Positions 61,501 to 64,000 of a stretch of 64,000 bases of DNA are shown piece after piece (position 1 is the first letter of the stretch; each line of letters starts with the position of its first letter). The position numbers and the translations under genes are program-made. The notes beneath the pieces were generated by a model. The model saw nothing but the letters and a program-made list of their open reading frames with translations, ran no database searches and was not told where the DNA came from. Origin of the DNA: an uncultured Saprospiraceae bacterium (GTDB taxonomy: Bacteria; Bacteroidota; Bacteroidia; Chitinophagales; Saprospiraceae); NCBI GenBank assembly GCA_937942435.1, contig CALDEM010000026.1, forward strand, positions 3,529 through 67,528, read 5' to 3'.

Positions 61501-64000
61501 TCCAGGACCTCCGATTTTTACTGACTTATATCCCCAACTGTTCTCAGGCATCGAGACACCAACATAGGTTGCATATGGGCTCACTTCTATTGAACTATAA
61601 TTTTCAGAAAAGTCGCCGCCTTTTTCAAAAACTCTGCTCGTGATATTTGCTCTGAGCATTGCCGGGTATTTAGAATTTTTATCCAACTGCAACTCAAATG
61701 ATCGTTCTCCCGTATCGTTGAGTGCACCTTCAAAAAGTGTGACTTGTCCTCCATTGATTTTTCTCGCTGGGTCGCTAAATATATAGTCCCTAAATCCTTC
61801 AAATCTTGGACTCATAACAGACCACTGACCGTCTATTTTAACTTTAAGCCCTGAAGCAGGAGCGCCATGAAGCCATGATGACACTATATCAATCATACGA
61901 CTATCTTTCTTGACATAGCTGATGCGATCATCCTTCTCAAGAGCGATGCGCAATCTGTTGGGCTTTACTGTTTCTACATTGATGCGTTTAGAAAACGAAA
62001 CACTACCGACACCTAAAGATGCACTCCAAGCTCCAGTCCCATCGTCCATATCTGTAGGTATCGCAAACGAATAAATGTGATCCATATGCGTCGTTGTACT
62101 ATGACGATACTTCACTTGGCTCTGGGCATCCTTAACAACAAGAGTTACAGGATGATCATCAGGCAAGTCCATCTCACCATCCTCGATCATCGCATGAAGA
62201 TAAATAGAGTCTCCTGGACGATAGACACCACGATCCGTATAGAGATAAGCATCGATACCCTTCTTAGATTTCTTCCCACCTGTATTAAAGTCCGTTATAC
62301 TCTTAGTATTGGCGTCTCGCAAATTGACATAAGCTACACCTTCACTATGTTTTATAATTGCAAACGCGGCTGTCTTTTCTAATTTCACCTCTGCCATGCC
62401 TACACTAGAAGTTGAGGTGTTTCCAAGTGACTTTTTTTGAAAATCATAAAAGGACACATCAGCCCCACTCAAGCTTTGTCCATCGCTGATTTTATTGGCC
62501 ACAACATAGTACTTGTTGTGACCATCTCTTTTTATAATTGCAGCAACATTCGATATCAAGACATTTCTACTGACAAACTTGTCCGTTGTGTAGTAGGCCT
62601 TACTACATGGATCTTCGTATCCTTCATATCCATAATATCTATACTCCATGATAGATCGGCCTTTTTTAAAGGATGGATAATCAGCTATACCACTTGCGCA
62701 TTCATAATTGACATAAGATGGTCTATATCCTAATCTCACTTGATAAACTGCATCTTGATCTTTCATCATAAAATCTCTGAGATCAAGAGCTATAGACATC
62801 CATGTATTGATTGGTTGACCTTCTGTCTTTATACTTTTCTTTTCTTGATGAACTATAACGCCTACTTGATCAAGACTATATCCTCCACTCAGATCATTCT
62901 CTTGCATAAACTGCAGAACATTCTGATCGTATATCTTGAATATTTCAATGTCAACTGTGTCTATGTTGATAGCTTCAAATGGAAAAGTTATATCTCCAAT
63001 AGAAGGGACAATGACGCCAGATTCGGCTAGCCTCAAAGCAGGTTTCGCAGGTTCAATATTGAGACCCCGTGTCACATTCTGAGCTAAGGTTTTGCCTGCA
63101 TAGGACTTTATACTTTTAGATAATTCTAATTGTATCGTCCTTTCTATATTGCCATCTGGATAGATTTTTAGCTCGTTTCCTTCGATCAGTGTTTTAATGT
63201 TTTTATTATTATCGTTGATTTTAATGAGCCCGTTTAAGTTTTGGTCAGTATCTATAGGTTGACTAAAAAGAATAGTTATATATCTACTTGGCTCATTCTG
63301 TATAATCACATCATCTACCGCAAAGGACTTTTCTCCAGAGATAACAATCGTCTTCCTTCCTTCAAATCCATCGACTAATACCTCTCCATCCCACACTACT
63401 TCAAGTTCTTGTTGTTTTGATTGTTGAGATAAACCAGTGATAGTGAAGTCATGTACTTTACCTGATGCATTGTGATCCCATGTTATATTACTTAGTTGAC
63501 CGACACCTCTGACTGACAGCATCTTTTCAATAAGTGATGACTCCACTTGTTGATTAGATAGTATGGCCCCTTTGATCACCACATCAACTGATGTACCGTT
63601 AGCTTCTAACTTTTGATAGATGGCATTCATACTTAGATGCAGTGCACGAGTTTTAAAATTCACAATCAAAGCAAACGGTTCAGTTACAGTCGTGTCTATA
63701 GCTTGGACATCTACAAACATAGAATAGCCTTGATCAAACTCAAGATACTCATTAGGATGGAACACAACGGTGTAAGCATCGATCCAACTGAACTTGCCAT
63801 CTACATGCGGAGAAAACCTAATCTGATTATAAGCATCAAATGATGATTGATTGACCTCTTTTTTAAATCTTAAAACAATGTCCTCGTCTATATTAATGTA
63901 AGGAGCAACTCTTTCATTTAAGTACTTAGAAATGAGGTCATGAGATTCTGGTAGCACGATGGGTCGCTTGTCTTGACAGGAACTGATCGTAAGCAAGAAA
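58543..64000 (-). CDS. Bacterial alpha-2-macroglobulin family lipoprotein (YfhM-like); N-terminus runs off the window
   Basis: More than 1800 aa. Thioester motif YPYGCLEQT (CLEQ at nt 59896-59907). The lipobox-like LLTISSC sits at the window edge. Lies immediately upstream of pbpC. Confidence 0.9.
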   Translation of the reverse strand, partial: FLLTISSCQDKRPIVLPESHDLISKYLNERVAPYINIDEDIVLRFKKEVNQSSFDAYNQIRFSPHVDGKFSWIDAYTVVFHPNEYLEFDQGYSMFVDVQAIDTTVTEPFALIVNFKTRALHLSMNAIYQKLEANGTSVDVVIKGAILSNQQVESSLIEKMLSVRGVGQLSNITWDHNASGKVHDFTITGLSQQSKQQELEVVWDGEVLVDGFEGRKTIVISGEKSFAVDDVIIQNEPSRYITILFSQPIDTDQNLNGLIKINDNNKNIKTLIEGNELKIYPDGNIERTIQLELSKSIKSYAGKTLAQNVTRGLNIEPAKPALRLAESGVIVPSIGDITFPFEAINIDTVDIEIFKIYDQNVLQFMQENDLSGGYSLDQVGVIVHQEKKSIKTEGQPINTWMSIALDLRDFMMKDQDAVYQVRLGYRPSYVNYECASGIADYPSFKKGRSIMEYRYYGYEGYEDPCSKAYYTTDKFVSRNVLISNVAAIIKRDGHNKYYVVANKISDGQSLSGADVSFYDFQKKSLGNTSTSSVGMAEVKLEKTAAFAIIKHSEGVAYVNLRDANTKSITDFNTGGKKSKKGIDAYLYTDRGVYRPGDSIYLHAMIEDGEMDLPDDHPVTLVVKDAQSQVKYRHSTTTHMDHIYSFAIPTDMDDGTGAWSASLGVGSVSFSKRINVETVKPNRLRIALEKDDRISYVKKDSRMIDIVSSWLHGAPASGLKVKIDGQWSVMSPRFEGFRDYIFSDPARKINGGQVTLFEGALNDTGERSFELQLDKNSKYPAMLRANITSRVFEKGGDFSENYSSIEVSPYATYVGVSMPENSWGYKSVKIGGPGKATAIVVNENGSPAVNRRLSIGVYDINWRWWYYRGERNNIYELNSDQHTKAIIKADAISGANGKVEIPFSTDEFEYGRKLIRICDVESGHCTGEFFYASGWRSSMTSEERSSLSRLAFTADSESYTSGDEVTLSIPSEAGSKILVSIESENEVVLQDWITGTKGSSTYKFRTDKLMAPNVYAHVSLIQPYDQVTNDLPIRMYGVIPIMIEDPESKLDPEIKVADSFKPEQPFSISVSEADGKAMTYTLAVVDEGLLDLTNYKTPSPHGHFFAKRSLGVKTWDVYDDVLYGLNGTPDKIISVGGDGENEAGDGKKKAIRFKPVVFSAGPFFLKSGADATHSFTMPNYIGSVRTMVVARSGHSYGRADEATPVKTPLMLLPTVPRVISQGEKIKIPVSVFGMQDDIKNVQVDLATSGHLSSPDRTQALSFRQQGEQVTYFDASVGEELGIAKIDVSATSGRYKASQQIEVDVRNPNPVVSEVNSHTLEAGETWTTDYNPFGVAGTNDATIELSLMPSVRLADRVDYLVNYPYGCLEQTTSSAFAQLYLKELTDYVSDAEIDRNIKAGIKRILKLQNGRGGFKYWPSSRSKISEWSSSYAGHFLIKAKEKGYYVANSVIDNWASDQKSRASRWTPSSNMYRRKSDMINQGYRLYTLAMYGQPDLSAMNNLRGYGDLPATAKFLLAASYAINGKSNIALDLIKGASNDIATYRSSGWTYGSEVRDMSLIAQTLRHLDRTSQSLEVIKNVVEKLNGGRWYSTQSIAFGLMTIGELSEEYRRSTIDATVTTGSDSPIDVEYNKTIFTMGVDPDDATDHRLVIKNNSDKVLFASVQLKGQKSTANMLTDPAVSKNVSLKVNYKSLDGKSIDVSSLKQGTDFIAEIEIVNTNTSATSIDEMALTQIIPSGWEIRSGRLSNLDGFSEDSYDYRDIRDDRVHTFFDLTSKKKYVLLMNATYEGEYFLPPVSVEAMYDNGVQARTKGRKIRVVSNK

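Noticed and set aside
1-64000. Evidence of a mobile element, prophage, genomic island or known defence system
   Set aside because: No integrase, transposase, recombinase, restriction-modification, Cas, toxin-antitoxin or phage structural genes were recognisable in any frame. The XRE-S24 repressor is the only phage-like gene, and it stands alone.

Overview
This is an AT-rich chromosomal segment. Its gene content and promoter style point to Bacteroidota: a DUF3822-rsmD pair, DUF3127, a TonB-dependent receptor with a CarboxypepD_reg N-terminus, a TAnnTTTG -7 box, and an alpha-2-macroglobulin/PbpC pair. About 55 protein genes are tightly packed on both strands. I found no rRNA, tRNA, CRISPR array, integrase or transposase. 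Most genes are housekeeping or transport: tsaD, rsmD, pdxH, hemB, yidD, corA, chrA, a TetR-TolC-MFP-RND efflux operon, several ABC systems, and a TonB receptor. Four loci stand out. (1) A ~1280-aa tail-anchored protein is built from seven double-YegP/DUF1508 modules joined by low-complexity and EAAAK-type helical linkers. (2) A MerC-like / ABC ATPase / FtsX-MacB-type permease operon has a ~57-residue His/Asp-rich insertion in the permease's extracytoplasmic loop, suggesting metal handling. (3) A neutral-lipid (TAG/wax-ester) island holds two phasin-like proteins (one with an H1-like basic tract plus a helix-hairpin-helix), an alpha/beta hydrolase, a WS/DGAT-SCP2 fusion, and a 1092-aa GPAT-HAD-LPAAT triple fusion. 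(4) A small OB-like DUF3127 protein carries an SSB-type acidic C-terminal tip. Function calls come from motifs read directly in the translations. They are not database hits and need HMM or structure confirmation.
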